A stretch of 64,000 nucleotides of DNA from an uncultured Gammaproteobacteria bacterium (GCA_964436385.1 CAYTCO010000003.1:5342-69341), one strand, 5' to 3'; counted from the stretch's first letter, positions 26,377 to 36,759 are shown. Notes: generated from the sequence alone by a model not told the origin. Program-made: numbers and translations.

Positions 26377-26717
26377 AATTTTCCCCAGAAAGAAGCTTTT
26401 TCGATTTGCCTTGAAAGAAAACGGTTCTTTTCGCGGTTCTTGAGATACTTCTCTCTTTTGTAAAAATCCTCAGTCCCTTGCAATGGAGGATCCATCCAAG
26501 CTGAGACCACAACCCATTCACCAATGTCATTTTTTTTACCTACAACTGTCACTCTATGATTTCCAAAGTTTTTAATAAATTCTGTTGTGTGCTTTTCTTT
26601 TCCTGGGTTGTTATCATCTGGTTGTTTAACTGCTTGCCATACCCAGTCACCCGTAATTCCTCGTTGTTTCATGCGTTCTATTGCGTGATTTGTAAAAACA
26701 ACGTCGTTTATTCTCAT
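26343..26717 (-). CDS. DUF4258-like small protein
   Basis: The N-terminal MRINDVVFTNHAIERMKQRGIT resembles the DUF4258 family. The C-terminal extension overlaps the acyltransferase gene start. Confidence 0.35.
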   Translation of the reverse strand: MRINDVVFTNHAIERMKQRGITGDWVWQAVKQPDDNNPGKEKHTTEFIKNFGNHRVTVVGKKNDIGEWVVVSAWMDPPLQGTEDFYKREKYLKNREKNRFLSRQIEKASFWGKLWLTFRKQAGF

Positions 26718-26754
26718 AACTAAATTATACCATTTTGGTATACAATATAATTCT

Positions 26755-27615
26755 ATGGTGGGTGATAAATACTCTGCTACTTGGGTTTCTCATACTTCAA
26801 TTTCAGACTTTCTAAAATGTCCCAGGGCTTATTTTCTAAAGCATGTTTATAAAGATCCGGTAAGCAACAAAAAAATAAAACTTATGTCTCCGCCATTAGC
26901 TCTTGGACAAGCAGTCCACGAGGTTATAGAGGGCCTTTCGATATTGCCGGTTGATAAACGCTTTCAAACGCCTCTAGTAAAACTTTTTGAAAATTCTTGG
27001 AAAAAAGTTAGCGGTAAATCAGGCGGATTTATAAATGCGGATACAGAGGCCCGATATAGAACGAGAGGAGAAGAGATGCTAAAAAGGGTAACTGATCACC
27101 CCGGACCTATAAAGAATCAAGCCGTCAAGATAAAAATGGATTTGCCAAACTATTGGTTATCAGAAGATGAAAACATTATTCTTTGCGGAAAAATAGATTG
27201 GCTAGAGTATCTACCATCAACCGACAGCGTTCACATCATAGATTTCAAAACGGGGAGAGGAGACGAAGAGTCGGAATCTCTTCAGCTGCCTATATATTTG
27301 CTGCTTGTTGAGAATTGTCAGAAAAGAAAAGTTGAGAAGGCAAGCTATTGGTATTTAGAGCGAAATGACGATCTGAGTGATTGCCCTCTTCCAAAAAGTG
27401 AAGAGGCATACAAAAAAGTACTTGATGTTGCAAGAAAAGTAAAGCTTGCAAGAACTCTAAAGAAATTTGCGTGTCCGACAAACGGATGCCGCAACTGCAA
27501 ACCTTACGAAGCCGTAGTAAGAGGTGAGGCTGAGAAAGTCGGACAAGACGAATATGGGACCGAGATCTACGTTTCTAAGGGTGATCAGGAAGAAGACTCC
27601 AGCATAATTTTATAG
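26755..27615 (+). CDS. Cas4/AddB-like PD-(D/E)XK nuclease with 4-Cys (Fe-S) cluster, stand-alone
   Basis: It has N-terminal FLKCPRAYF, the IIDFKTG motif, and C-terminal CPTNGCRNC, giving the 1+3 Cys arrangement of Cas4/AddB nuclease domains. No cas genes or array are nearby. Confidence 0.55.
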   Translation: MVGDKYSATWVSHTSISDFLKCPRAYFLKHVYKDPVSNKKIKLMSPPLALGQAVHEVIEGLSILPVDKRFQTPLVKLFENSWKKVSGKSGGFINADTEARYRTRGEEMLKRVTDHPGPIKNQAVKIKMDLPNYWLSEDENIILCGKIDWLEYLPSTDSVHIIDFKTGRGDEESESLQLPIYLLLVENCQKRKVEKASYWYLERNDDLSDCPLPKSEEAYKKVLDVARKVKLARTLKKFACPTNGCRNCKPYEAVVRGEAEKVGQDEYGTEIYVSKGDQEEDSSIIL

Positions 27616-27887
27616 AAATGTTTGACAAGAAATTTCGTAAGCTATAAAGTATATATATGAAGAAGAAAGCGAAAAGCAAAAAAACGGCAAGAAGAACTAC
27701 TTCAAATACTAAGCTTTTGTTTTTAAGTCTTATACTTCTTTTTATAGTTTTTGAAGCACTTTACATAGTTAAAGGTCAAATATCACCACAAGCACCTCAA
27801 GTTGCAGGTGTAAGTACTCAAAAATAAACCGCATATCCCTCAGTCAGCCTTGATCTAATACTTTCTTTGAGCTAAAATTGAACTCGT

Positions 27888-30692
27888 ATGTTAAAGCCAG
27901 TAAATTCCTCAATTTCTTTTTCCCAAATGGAGGATAGCGTTACCAAGTATTGGAAAGAAAACAATATTTTTGAAAAATCCATTAAGAGTCGACCGGAGGA
28001 TAGGAAGTGGACATTTCTTGACGGACCCCCATTCGTTACGGGTATGCCTCACTATGGCTCTCTTTTGTCTTCACTTCCCAAGGATCTTTTCGGAAGATAC
28101 TACACGATGAAAGGTTATAGGGTTAGGCGAGTTTGGGGATGGGATGGCCACGGATTACCAATCGAGAACAAGGTTGAGGGTAAATTGAAGGTTAAGAAAA
28201 AAAGAGATATCGAAGAAATTGTAGGAGTTAAGACTTTTATAGATGAATGTAAAAAATACGTCGAAGAGGTGTCAGGGGAGTGGGAGTGGTATATAGACAA
28301 GATTGGTAGATGGGTAGACTTCGAAAACGCCTACAAAACTTGGGATACACCCTATATGGAGTCTGTGATGTGGGTATTTGCACAAATGTATAAGGGTGGA
28401 CATATTTATAAGGGGCTTCGCGTTTCTCTTTATTGTCCTCATTGTTCAACCCCTATCTCAAATTTTGAAGTAGCAATGGATGCAGATAACTATAAAATGA
28501 TTTCTGATTATGCGACCACCTATAAATATGCTCTTGAAGGTGAAGAGAATACTTACTTTTTGGCGTGGTCAACAACACCATGGAATAAGCTTGTTACTCC
28601 AGCATTGGCTGTAAACCCTAAGCTTACTTACGTAAAAGTGAAGCAGGGTGATGAATTTTACATATTGGCCAAGGATACAACAAAAACCTTGAATGGTGAC
28701 TTTGAAATAATAGACACAATGCTAGGCGAAAAGCTCAACGGAATAAAATTTGTACCTCACTATGATTTTTACAAAATTGATGAAGATAAAAAGGCTTTTG
28801 AGATAGTCCTTGGAGATTTTGTAACAGCAGATGAAGGTACCGGAATTGTAACAATTGCTGTATATGGCGAGGAGGACTTAATGGTTATGGAAAAAGAGGG
28901 TATACACTTGGCTTTTCTGGTCGATGATGAGGGGATAATAGATCAGTCAGTACCTAACTTTGGAGGAATGTTTTATTATGACGCCAATAAGGCAGTAAAT
29001 GAAGACCTGACCTCACGTAATCTTGTGTACAAAGATGAAATGGTCCCTCACAACGTCCCCCACTGTTGGAGATGTGCGACTAGGCTTTTTTATAATCCTC
29101 AAAACGCATGGTATGTAAATATAAAAAATCTGAAGGAAAAACTCGCAAAAACAAACGAGAAAGTTAATTGGTTCCCAAATCACTTTAAGAATGGAAGGTT
29201 TTTGAAGAGTCTTGAGAATGCACCGGATTGGAATATCTCAAGAAGCAGATACTGGGGAAGTCCTGTTCCCGTATGGGAATGTGAATGCGGTGAACGTTAC
29301 GTTCCTGAATCGATCAAAGAATTAGAACAGTTATCAGGTGTAACTATAACTGACTTACATAAGCCTGAAATAGACAATGTTACGATAAAGTGCAAAAAAT
29401 GTGATCAGACAGCATATAGAGTACAAGAAGTACTCGACAGCTGGATTGAGGCTGGAAGTGCGTCTTTTGCCGAGAGGCATTATCCATTTAACACAGACGA
29501 AAAGCTAGAAGACTTTTTCCCACCAGATTTCATTGCTGAATATACTGGACAAATAAGAGCCTGGTTTTACGTCCTTCACGTAATTGGAGGGGCTCTATTT
29601 GATTCACCAGCATTCAAAAATGTAGTCGTTGAAGGTGTTATCTTGGGTACTGATGGACGCAAGATGAGTAAGAATTATGGTAATTTCCCTGACCCCAAAA
29701 AACTTATTGAAGAATTTGGTGGGGATGCCTTGAGAATGTATCTTTTAGGTTCACCTGTTATGAATGGAGAGGATATTAGGATCTCTGAGGTTGATTATAG
29801 GGATCAAGTAAGAGGTACACTTTTAATACTTTGGAATATCTATAACTTCTTTGTCACTTACGCAATTGCAGATAACTGGTCATCTTTTGACTCCAAGCTC
29901 TCAACTCCTAACTCCCAAAATGTTTTGGACCGTTGGATTATTTCCAAGATAAATCGCTTAGTAGGTGGGGTTACGGAAGATCTAGATGCGTACAACACTG
30001 TCGGCGCAATAAATAAAGCAAAAAGATTCGTTGACGAGTTTTCAACTTGGTATATTCGACGTTCACGCGACAGGGTTGGCGCGAGCGTGACTGATGAAAC
30101 TGACAGAGATAGTTTTTACAGTACTACTAACTTTGTTTTGATAACTCTTTGCAAAACAATTGCGCCAATAGCCCCATTTATATCAGAGGAAATTTTTAGA
30201 AATTTAACGAATCTTGAATCTGTTCATTTGGAATTGTGGCCTGAAGCAGATGGAGAGCTTGATGACGACCTTGAGCTTGAAATGTCGCTTGCTCAATCTC
30301 TATCAACTGTCATTAATTCATTTAGGAAGGACAACTCGATAAAGGTGAAGATTCCAATTAAAAAACTTTCATACTCAGGTAAAAAATTATCTGAAGACGT
30401 TTTGAATATTGTTAAGCAGGAAACAAATATAGAAGATCTCCAATTTGAAGCTGAAAAATCCGAGTACAGTGTTTCTGGTGATACCTCGGAGGCAAATCAA
30501 AATATTGAGGCAGGCCATGCACGAGACATAATACGAAATATACAGAAGAGACGAAAAGAGCTTGGTACAACAATGACCCAAATGGTAAAGGTCAGTCTTC
30601 CCTCTTGGCCCGAAGAATACGAGGAAGAAATAAAGAAAAAAGCCCTCATTTCTGAGCTTGTAAAAAGTGACAATTTTGAGGTGACAATTTAA
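27888..30692 (+). CDS. ileS: Isoleucyl-tRNA synthetase (eukaryote/archaeal-like type 2)
   Basis: It is a class I aaRS with PHYGS (HIGH-like), WDGHGLP, KMSKN, and the CWRC zinc knuckle. It is 934 aa and lacks the bacterial type-1 C-terminal Zn domain. Confidence 0.8.
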   Translation: MLKPVNSSISFSQMEDSVTKYWKENNIFEKSIKSRPEDRKWTFLDGPPFVTGMPHYGSLLSSLPKDLFGRYYTMKGYRVRRVWGWDGHGLPIENKVEGKLKVKKKRDIEEIVGVKTFIDECKKYVEEVSGEWEWYIDKIGRWVDFENAYKTWDTPYMESVMWVFAQMYKGGHIYKGLRVSLYCPHCSTPISNFEVAMDADNYKMISDYATTYKYALEGEENTYFLAWSTTPWNKLVTPALAVNPKLTYVKVKQGDEFYILAKDTTKTLNGDFEIIDTMLGEKLNGIKFVPHYDFYKIDEDKKAFEIVLGDFVTADEGTGIVTIAVYGEEDLMVMEKEGIHLAFLVDDEGIIDQSVPNFGGMFYYDANKAVNEDLTSRNLVYKDEMVPHNVPHCWRCATRLFYNPQNAWYVNIKNLKEKLAKTNEKVNWFPNHFKNGRFLKSLENAPDWNISRSRYWGSPVPVWECECGERYVPESIKELEQLSGVTITDLHKPEIDNVTIKCKKCDQTAYRVQEVLDSWIEAGSASFAERHYPFNTDEKLEDFFPPDFIAEYTGQIRAWFYVLHVIGGALFDSPAFKNVVVEGVILGTDGRKMSKNYGNFPDPKKLIEEFGGDALRMYLLGSPVMNGEDIRISEVDYRDQVRGTLLILWNIYNFFVTYAIADNWSSFDSKLSTPNSQNVLDRWIISKINRLVGGVTEDLDAYNTVGAINKAKRFVDEFSTWYIRRSRDRVGASVTDETDRDSFYSTTNFVLITLCKTIAPIAPFISEEIFRNLTNLESVHLELWPEADGELDDDLELEMSLAQSLSTVINSFRKDNSIKVKIPIKKLSYSGKKLSEDVLNIVKQETNIEDLQFEAEKSEYSVSGDTSEANQNIEAGHARDIIRNIQKRRKELGTTMTQMVKVSLPSWPEEYEEEIKKKALISELVKSDNFEVTI

Positions 30693-30695
30693 GTC

Positions 30696-31778
30696 ATGAA
30701 TCGTTTCTCAATTCATAGAGTAGATTTTTCTCTACTTATTCCTGCTGTTTTGCTAGTTGCAATAAGCTTATCTGCTCTTTTTTCGATTGATATTTTATAT
30801 TTTAGACAGCAATCTTTCTTTCTAGTTGCCGGAATATTTCTTTACTTTTTATTTTTGAACATAGATTATAAGTTTTTTGCTCTTTACCCCAAATATATTT
30901 ACGCATTTATAATAGCTGGATTTTTATTGGTTTTGACTTTTGGAACGGTTGTTAATGGGTCTAAGAGTTGGCTTGACATTTTCGGAGTAAGGATACAGGT
31001 AGAGGAACTTTTGAAGCCATTTTTTATTATAGTGATCGCTCATTTTTTAGCTTTCTCAAAATTTCCACTAATTCTGAAGTATCCGCTAGCAATACTTCTG
31101 ACTGTTCCTATTTTCTTTTTAATCATGAGACAGCCTGATACAGGTACTGCACTTATGTATTTAGCTTCATTTGCCGGTATGCTTTTGATGTATGGTTTTC
31201 CAATCTACTATTACGTTTTGTCCTTAGTTGCCGCGATATTGCCTATGCCAGTCATATTTAGCATGCTAAAACCCTACCAAAAAGAACGTCTTACAACTCT
31301 TTTCAACCTCACGGCTGATCCGTCCGGTTCATCATACAACGCCATCCAATCGCTTATTTCGATTGGAAGCGGAGGGTTTTTTGGAAAAGGTTTGGGTGAG
31401 GGGACTCAGTCGGTGTTAAGATTTCTTCCTGAACGTCAAACAGATTTTATTTTTGCCTCAATTTCTGAAGGACTGGGCTTTTTGGGCGGGGCAAGCATTA
31501 TTTGTCTTCTATTTTACCTTCTTTTTAGAATTTATAGGATTGCTTCAAGACTTACTGACCCCTATGCCTACTTGATTGTTATAGGTGTTTTTTTCCTCCT
31601 GCTTACACAAACAGTAACAAACATTGGAATGAATATGGGAATAATGCCAATTATTGGTGTTACACTGCCCTTAGTTTCATATGGAGGAAGCTCTCTTATA
31701 ACAAGTTTTATTCTACTAGGAATCGTTTCCTCAATCGGATATGAGAATAAAAAGCTACAAACGCTAGAAATTACCTAA
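30696..31778 (+). CDS. rodA: SEDS-family protein (RodA-like)
   Basis: It has the GVTLPLVSYGGSSL motif and is polytopic. It is the second SEDS paralog in the window, outside the dcw cluster. Confidence 0.6.
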   Translation: MNRFSIHRVDFSLLIPAVLLVAISLSALFSIDILYFRQQSFFLVAGIFLYFLFLNIDYKFFALYPKYIYAFIIAGFLLVLTFGTVVNGSKSWLDIFGVRIQVEELLKPFFIIVIAHFLAFSKFPLILKYPLAILLTVPIFFLIMRQPDTGTALMYLASFAGMLLMYGFPIYYYVLSLVAAILPMPVIFSMLKPYQKERLTTLFNLTADPSGSSYNAIQSLISIGSGGFFGKGLGEGTQSVLRFLPERQTDFIFASISEGLGFLGGASIICLLFYLLFRIYRIASRLTDPYAYLIVIGVFFLLLTQTVTNIGMNMGIMPIIGVTLPLVSYGGSSLITSFILLGIVSSIGYENKKLQTLEIT

Positions 31779-31803
31779 GATTTTTGGTACAATACTTTCC
31801 ATT

Positions 31804-32118
31804 ATGAATTTTGCAGTAATTAAAGCTTCCGGCAAACAGTACAAGGTAACTCCTGGTCTTGTCTTGGAGGTAGACAAAATTGAGGGTGATAGCGGAGCAG
31901 CTCTTACCTTTGAAGAGGTGCTTTTGAGCTCAGATGGAAGCAGTGTGTCAGTCGGTGCCCCATACGTTAAGGGTGCAGTTGTTACAGCAAAAATTGTTTC
32001 TCAAACGCAAGGAGAAAAAGTAAGAGTGGCTAAGTTTAAGGCAAAAGCAAAATACAGAAGAGCAACTGGATTTAGATCAAAGCTTACAAAAATCGAGATA
32101 TTAAATATTAAATTGTAA
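31804..32118 (+). CDS. rplU: 50S ribosomal protein L21
   Basis: MNFAVIKASGKQYKV is the L21 N-terminus. The protein is 104 aa and sits upstream of L27. Confidence 0.85.
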   Translation: MNFAVIKASGKQYKVTPGLVLEVDKIEGDSGAALTFEEVLLSSDGSSVSVGAPYVKGAVVTAKIVSQTQGEKVRVAKFKAKAKYRRATGFRSKLTKIEILNIKL

Positions 32119-32128
32119 ATATTAATTT

Positions 32129-32374
32129 ATGGCACATACAAAGTCGGCCGGTTCGGTCAAAGGAAACAAAGATTCAATTTCAAAGAGACTAGGAGTTAAG
32201 GTTTATGGTGGCCAAAAGGTTATAAACGGCAATATAATTGTTCGTCAAAAAGGAACCAATTTTCATCCTGGAATAGGAGTAAGTATGGGAAAGGATTTTA
32301 CCATTTATGCTATATCTGACGGGACTGTCCAGTTTAAAATTGCCCGTGGAAAAAGAGTCATAGAAGTAGTATAG
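32129..32374 (+). CDS. rpmA: 50S ribosomal protein L27
   Basis: [21 protein letters not shown] is the L27 signature. The protein is 81 aa. Confidence 0.9.
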   Translation: MAHTKSAGSVKGNKDSISKRLGVKVYGGQKVINGNIIVRQKGTNFHPGIGVSMGKDFTIYAISDGTVQFKIARGKRVIEVV

Positions 32375-32420
32375 TATTGACTTAATATGGATAAGCAAAG
32401 CTTGTTCATAAACTTTATTT

Positions 32421-33245
32421 ATGGATGACAAAATGACAATGTCTATTGTCGAACTGGATCTATCACTCCTGCAGCCAAACCCACTTCAGCCAAGAGGACT
32501 TATATCACCTGAATCACTTACTGACCTTGTTAACTCAATCCGAGAGCAGGGAATTTTAGAGCCTATCGTTGTAGCCGAAACACCAGCTGGGTTTCAAATT
32601 ATTGCAGGTGAAAGACGCTGGAGGGCTGCTAAGATTCTTGGCCTCATTAGAGTTCCAGTAGTAGTTAAAAAAACGACTCCTCAACAGATGCTTGAGATGT
32701 CAATCGTTGAGAACGTTCAAAGAGAAGATCTTAACCCAATTGAGCGTGCTCAGGCTTACAAGAGACTCATTGACGAGTTCAATCTTTCCGTAACAGAGGT
32801 TGCTAAAAGAGTAGGTAAATCACTTCCTTATATTTCAAACACTATTAGGCTTTTGACTTTGCCTGATGCAATAAAAGATGCACTTGCTGCCGGGGTTATT
32901 ACCGAAGGTCACGTAAGACCGCTTATATCTATTGGTGATCCCAGGCTTATGCTTGCTGCTTTCAAAAAAATATTGGTTGAGGGTATTTCTGTTCGCGGTG
33001 CTGAAGACGTTGCCAGGCAGGTAAAAGCTGAAATTCAAAAGAAAGAGCCTCAAAAGAAGAGCGACAAAATTTACATACCAGAACAGGATGAGATGGCAAA
33101 AACGCTAAGTGAAAGACACGGTTGGAATGTTAAGTTTGATCAATCAAGGGCATTGGGCAAAATTGTTATTACAATTAAGGGTTCTGAAGACAGAACAGGC
33201 GAAGAATTAAAGAAAATCTACAATAGGCTTCTTGAAATCGCTTAG
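32421..33245 (+). CDS. parB: Chromosome partitioning protein ParB (Spo0J)
   Basis: It has the ParB box GFQIIAGERRWRAAKILGL and an HTH, and is 274 aa. Confidence 0.8.
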   Translation: MDDKMTMSIVELDLSLLQPNPLQPRGLISPESLTDLVNSIREQGILEPIVVAETPAGFQIIAGERRWRAAKILGLIRVPVVVKKTTPQQMLEMSIVENVQREDLNPIERAQAYKRLIDEFNLSVTEVAKRVGKSLPYISNTIRLLTLPDAIKDALAAGVITEGHVRPLISIGDPRLMLAAFKKILVEGISVRGAEDVARQVKAEIQKKEPQKKSDKIYIPEQDEMAKTLSERHGWNVKFDQSRALGKIVITIKGSEDRTGEELKKIYNRLLEIA

Positions 33246-33287
33246 AGTACCCCTAATACGCCGTTATAACGGCCCAAATTGCGTTTT

Positions 33288-33851
33288 TTACTCCAAAGTT
33301 GTGTGTTTGACCACCCTCATCTTATTAGGAGGCCAATAAACGAAAAATGATTTACCTATAATTTCCTGCTTTGTAACAAATCCCCATTCACGAGAATCCG
33401 AACTAAACTCGCGGTTATCACCCATAGTAAAATATTGACCTTCAGGAACGACAACTTCATCACCCTCACCCAAGAAGGAGCCCCCATTGGTTCTGACAGT
33501 CGGCTCCAAGAAGGATAATTGATCTAATAGATGACCATTAAGAGCAACTTTTCCGTCAGTAACTTTTACGCGATCACCAGGAAGGCCTATTATTCTTTTT
33601 ATATAATCCTTCTCCTTGTCAGGGGGAGCATGAAAAACTACAATATCTCCTCGATTTAAGTCTTCAAATCTTAAGGATACTAAATTTGTTAAAACATATT
33701 CTCCATTTGCAAAAGTAGGATCCATAGAATGACCATTTACTTGGTAAGGTCGGAACAAGAAGGCATATATAACAACGAATATTGCACCGGCTATGACGAG
33801 CGTTTGTATTAGATCAAAAAGTATGTAGTATATCTTTCTAAGAATTTCCAT
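33288..33851 (-). CDS. lepB: Signal peptidase I (S26)
   Basis: It has the box B catalytic Ser (NGHSMDPTF), box E GDNREFSSDSREWGFV, and an N-terminal TM anchor. Confidence 0.8.
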   Translation of the reverse strand: MEILRKIYYILFDLIQTLVIAGAIFVVIYAFLFRPYQVNGHSMDPTFANGEYVLTNLVSLRFEDLNRGDIVVFHAPPDKEKDYIKRIIGLPGDRVKVTDGKVALNGHLLDQLSFLEPTVRTNGGSFLGEGDEVVVPEGQYFTMGDNREFSSDSREWGFVTKQEIIGKSFFVYWPPNKMRVVKHTTLE

Positions 33852-34078
33852 AAAGCGTTAACTTGGCGCCCCTAATTTATAATTTTGGCTTGTATAGTAG
33901 TTAATGTCAATCAAAGAGTTAATTTTCTGTTACAATACAAAAAATTAATGGTTCAAAAAACGCATTTTAGCAATCAGTATCGTTAAGTGCTAAAATGAAC
34001 CTGAATTTAATTTAGCCCGTCAAATCAATCCAAAGTGAAATATTGTTAATATATAAAACTAATATTTAATATATCAAA

Positions 34079-35104
34079 TTGAAACAGAAGCTTAGAATAA
34101 CATTTCTTACTAGATTATATCATCCGCACGTAGGTGGTGTCGAGAAGCACTTGGAAGTGTTATCTAAAATGCTTGTAAAAAGAGGGTACATAATAACCAT
34201 CATAACGGAGAAATATGACAACAAGCTTAAATCCTTAGAAACCTATGACGGTATAATGGTATACAGGGTTCCTGTTTCAAAAAATGTCTTTTTTAAAAAG
34301 TTTTTTGTATGGGTATGGATCTGTAAGAATTTAAGTCTTATTTATAACTCTGATGTTGTTCATGTCCATGACATATTCTATTGGATTTTGCCATTTCGCC
34401 TTCTTCTGATTCATAAGAAGATTTATACAACCTTTCATGGTTACGAAGGTTTTCCTGTATCTTGGCGGTGGGTTCTGCAAAGGAAAGTCATAGAAAAGCT
34501 TTCTAATGGAACAATTTGCATCGGCGATTTCATGAAAAAGTGGTATTTAGCTGCTCCAACCTATATTAGCTATGGTGGAGTGAAGCTAGCAAGAGAAATT
34601 AAAGCAAAAAATGACAGGAGTGCAGTTTTTTTTGGAAGACTTGACGATCAAACCGGAATCCTGGAATATATTTCAGCTTATAAGAAAATAAAACAAAAAT
34701 TCCCAAATTTTTCTCTTACTGTTGTTGGAGAGGGCAAATATGTGAAAAAAATACCAAAAGATGTAAGAATCTTGAAATTTACCAAAAATGTAGAAAAATA
34801 CATCTCTGAAAATAGAATAGTTTTTGTTTCTAGGTATTTATCAATGCTTGAAGCTTTAATTCAAAAGAGGGAGATAGTAGCAGTCTATGACAATCCGGTT
34901 AAGAAGGATTACCTTTTAATGTCTCCTTTTGCTAAGTTTGTGCACATCTCAAAAAATGCGACTGAAGTAGAAGCGCATGTCGTTAGGATTTTATCAGAAG
35001 GCGAAAACAAAAAACAAATAGAAGAGGGTTATTTATGGGCAAGAAAAAACACTTGGGAAAATGTTTTGAACACTTATTTCCGTCTTTGGGGAATTAATAA
35101 GTAG
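34079..35104 (+). CDS. Family 4 (GT-B) glycosyltransferase
   Basis: The N-terminus ITFLTRLYHPHVGGVEKHL is GT4-like. The protein is 341 aa. Confidence 0.5.
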   Translation: MKQKLRITFLTRLYHPHVGGVEKHLEVLSKMLVKRGYIITIITEKYDNKLKSLETYDGIMVYRVPVSKNVFFKKFFVWVWICKNLSLIYNSDVVHVHDIFYWILPFRLLLIHKKIYTTFHGYEGFPVSWRWVLQRKVIEKLSNGTICIGDFMKKWYLAAPTYISYGGVKLAREIKAKNDRSAVFFGRLDDQTGILEYISAYKKIKQKFPNFSLTVVGEGKYVKKIPKDVRILKFTKNVEKYISENRIVFVSRYLSMLEALIQKREIVAVYDNPVKKDYLLMSPFAKFVHISKNATEVEAHVVRILSEGENKKQIEEGYLWARKNTWENVLNTYFRLWGINK

Positions 35105-36759
35105 AAAAGTAGAAGAAGTATTCCGACTAGACTTAGTGTATTTCCCAGTTTGACAGACAGTGTATCTTCATATTTCAAAATCACATTATACTCTCCCTTT
35201 TTTAAATAAAATTGGATATGGTTAGATTTTGTTGAATCGATCCATCTAATTAGATGATCTTGTTCATTAACATACAGTTTCCAACCTGGAAAATAGTAAG
35301 TATTCTCGACGAATGATGAGTCGGAAAAAGCGGTTACCCTATACTTATGAAGGATAGGAGTTCTTTCTATTTTGCTAACAGTCGAATTTCCTGAGCGAAC
35401 TGTTATGGGAGAATCAGGAATTGTTTTTTCCCAAAGATTTTTTTCATTTCTATCCTTAGGAGTTGCAGGCTGCAGCCCTTCGCCTTCATGCGTTGAGTAT
35501 GGCAACCTTGATAGTAAATTCTCATCAGTGATATCTGTTAGCATGGCTCTTGTGCCCCAATTTAGTATTGTTGTAAGCATAGCTAAAAAAATCAGAATAT
35601 AGATAATCCATTCACGTTTGATGTACGAAGAACTAATTGCTCCTATAATTGCAACGATAAAAGACATAGGAAGCATAAGTCTGTAGGAAAATTGAAAACT
35701 GGTCATGAATGGCACGGCCTTCCAAATTGGCAAACTTACTGGAAAAAGCAATGCAAAAAGAATAAAAAATATTGTAAAGGACATGATTATCCTCTTTTTG
35801 TCGACTCTTTTAAGTTTTCCTTTAATAAGTAGCCAGCCAGTAAAAAAAAGTAATCCGATTTGAACAAATCCTATTGGGTATGAAAGCTGCCCAATAGGGC
35901 CCTGGTACAAAAAACCGCCTCTCCATGGAGAAATTAAAAAAAGCATAATGCTCTCAAACGAAACTTCAGATGCCTTGCTTTGAATTGTGTGTGTTATCCC
36001 CTCAACAACAGGGAGCCAAAAAAAGGAACTTAAGAGAAGTCCAATAGAAAGTCCACCAAAAGAAACAAGGAAATTTTTTTGCTTTCTTTTTAAGAAAAAC
36101 GGGAAAGCAAAAAGAAAGGGGGTTGTTATAACTGAAATTGCCTGATGAGAAAGAAGAAGTCCTGCATAAGAAAGACTAATTAAGACAACGTTTCTTCTTA
36201 GTAATCCTAGTAAAACTAAAGGCAGGATTGAAAATGCAAACAGCTCACCTAAAGCTACTCTAAAATGCATATCGACAAGGTGATAGGGGGCGAACAAATA
36301 CAAAATACTGCCAAGAAGTGAAGGCGTTTGTTTTAAAAAATGCCTAAGTAACAGATGCATGCTTAATCCAGATAAAATAAAGATTCCAGCAATGACAATT
36401 TTTTCACTTGCTATGAAGCTAAAGCCTAACAATTTAAATAATGCGATAGAGTAATAGGGAAGCGGATAAGTAAAAAGAAACAAAGGGTACCCGTAGTTAG
36501 CATTAAGAAGAGAAGCCCAATGAACCGGGAAAATTCCAAAAGTTAACGAATGCCACAAGTCCATCGACTTTGAAATATTAATAGCAAAGTCCCCACTTTG
36601 ATGAACACCTTGCCTTAAAAGAGAAACAAGGGGAAGGAGTGAAGCAAGGATAAGAAAATATAATTGAAAGTTTTTCTTTTTTCTAAAAATAAGAAGAAAC
36701 ATTGCAAAAACAATAAAAGCAAATAAGCTTATTGATACGGTCCAATACGTTGTTGTCAT
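35074..36759 (-). CDS. Polytopic membrane protein, possible GT-C glycosyltransferase/polymerase
   Basis: It has about 13 TM helices followed by a roughly 150-aa C-terminal soluble domain. No diagnostic motif, so the call rests on context only. Confidence 0.3.
   Translation of the reverse strand: MTTTYWTVSISLFAFIVFAMFLLIFRKKKNFQLYFLILASLLPLVSLLRQGVHQSGDFAINISKSMDLWHSLTFGIFPVHWASLLNANYGYPLFLFTYPLPYYSIALFKLLGFSFIASEKIVIAGIFILSGLSMHLLLRHFLKQTPSLLGSILYLFAPYHLVDMHFRVALGELFAFSILPLVLLGLLRRNVVLISLSYAGLLLSHQAISVITTPFLFAFPFFLKRKQKNFLVSFGGLSIGLLLSSFFWLPVVEGITHTIQSKASEVSFESIMLFLISPWRGGFLYQGPIGQLSYPIGFVQIGLLFFTGWLLIKGKLKRVDKKRIIMSFTIFFILFALLFPVSLPIWKAVPFMTSFQFSYRLMLPMSFIVAIIGAISSSYIKREWIIYILIFLAMLTTILNWGTRAMLTDITDENLLSRLPYSTHEGEGLQPATPKDRNEKNLWEKTIPDSPITVRSGNSTVSKIERTPILHKYRVTAFSDSSFVENTYYFPGWKLYVNEQDHLIRWIDSTKSNHIQFYLKKGEYNVILKYEDTLSVKLGNTLSLVGILLLLFYLLIPQRRK

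Noticed and set aside
27657-27854. Possible roughly 56-65-aa Lys-rich or TM small ORF (MKKKAKSKKTARR…LLFLSLILLFIVF…) between the Cas4-like gene and ileS.
   Set aside because: It is not present in the supplied ORF track, and my manual frame count was inconsistent by 1 nt across line boundaries. It is left uncalled.
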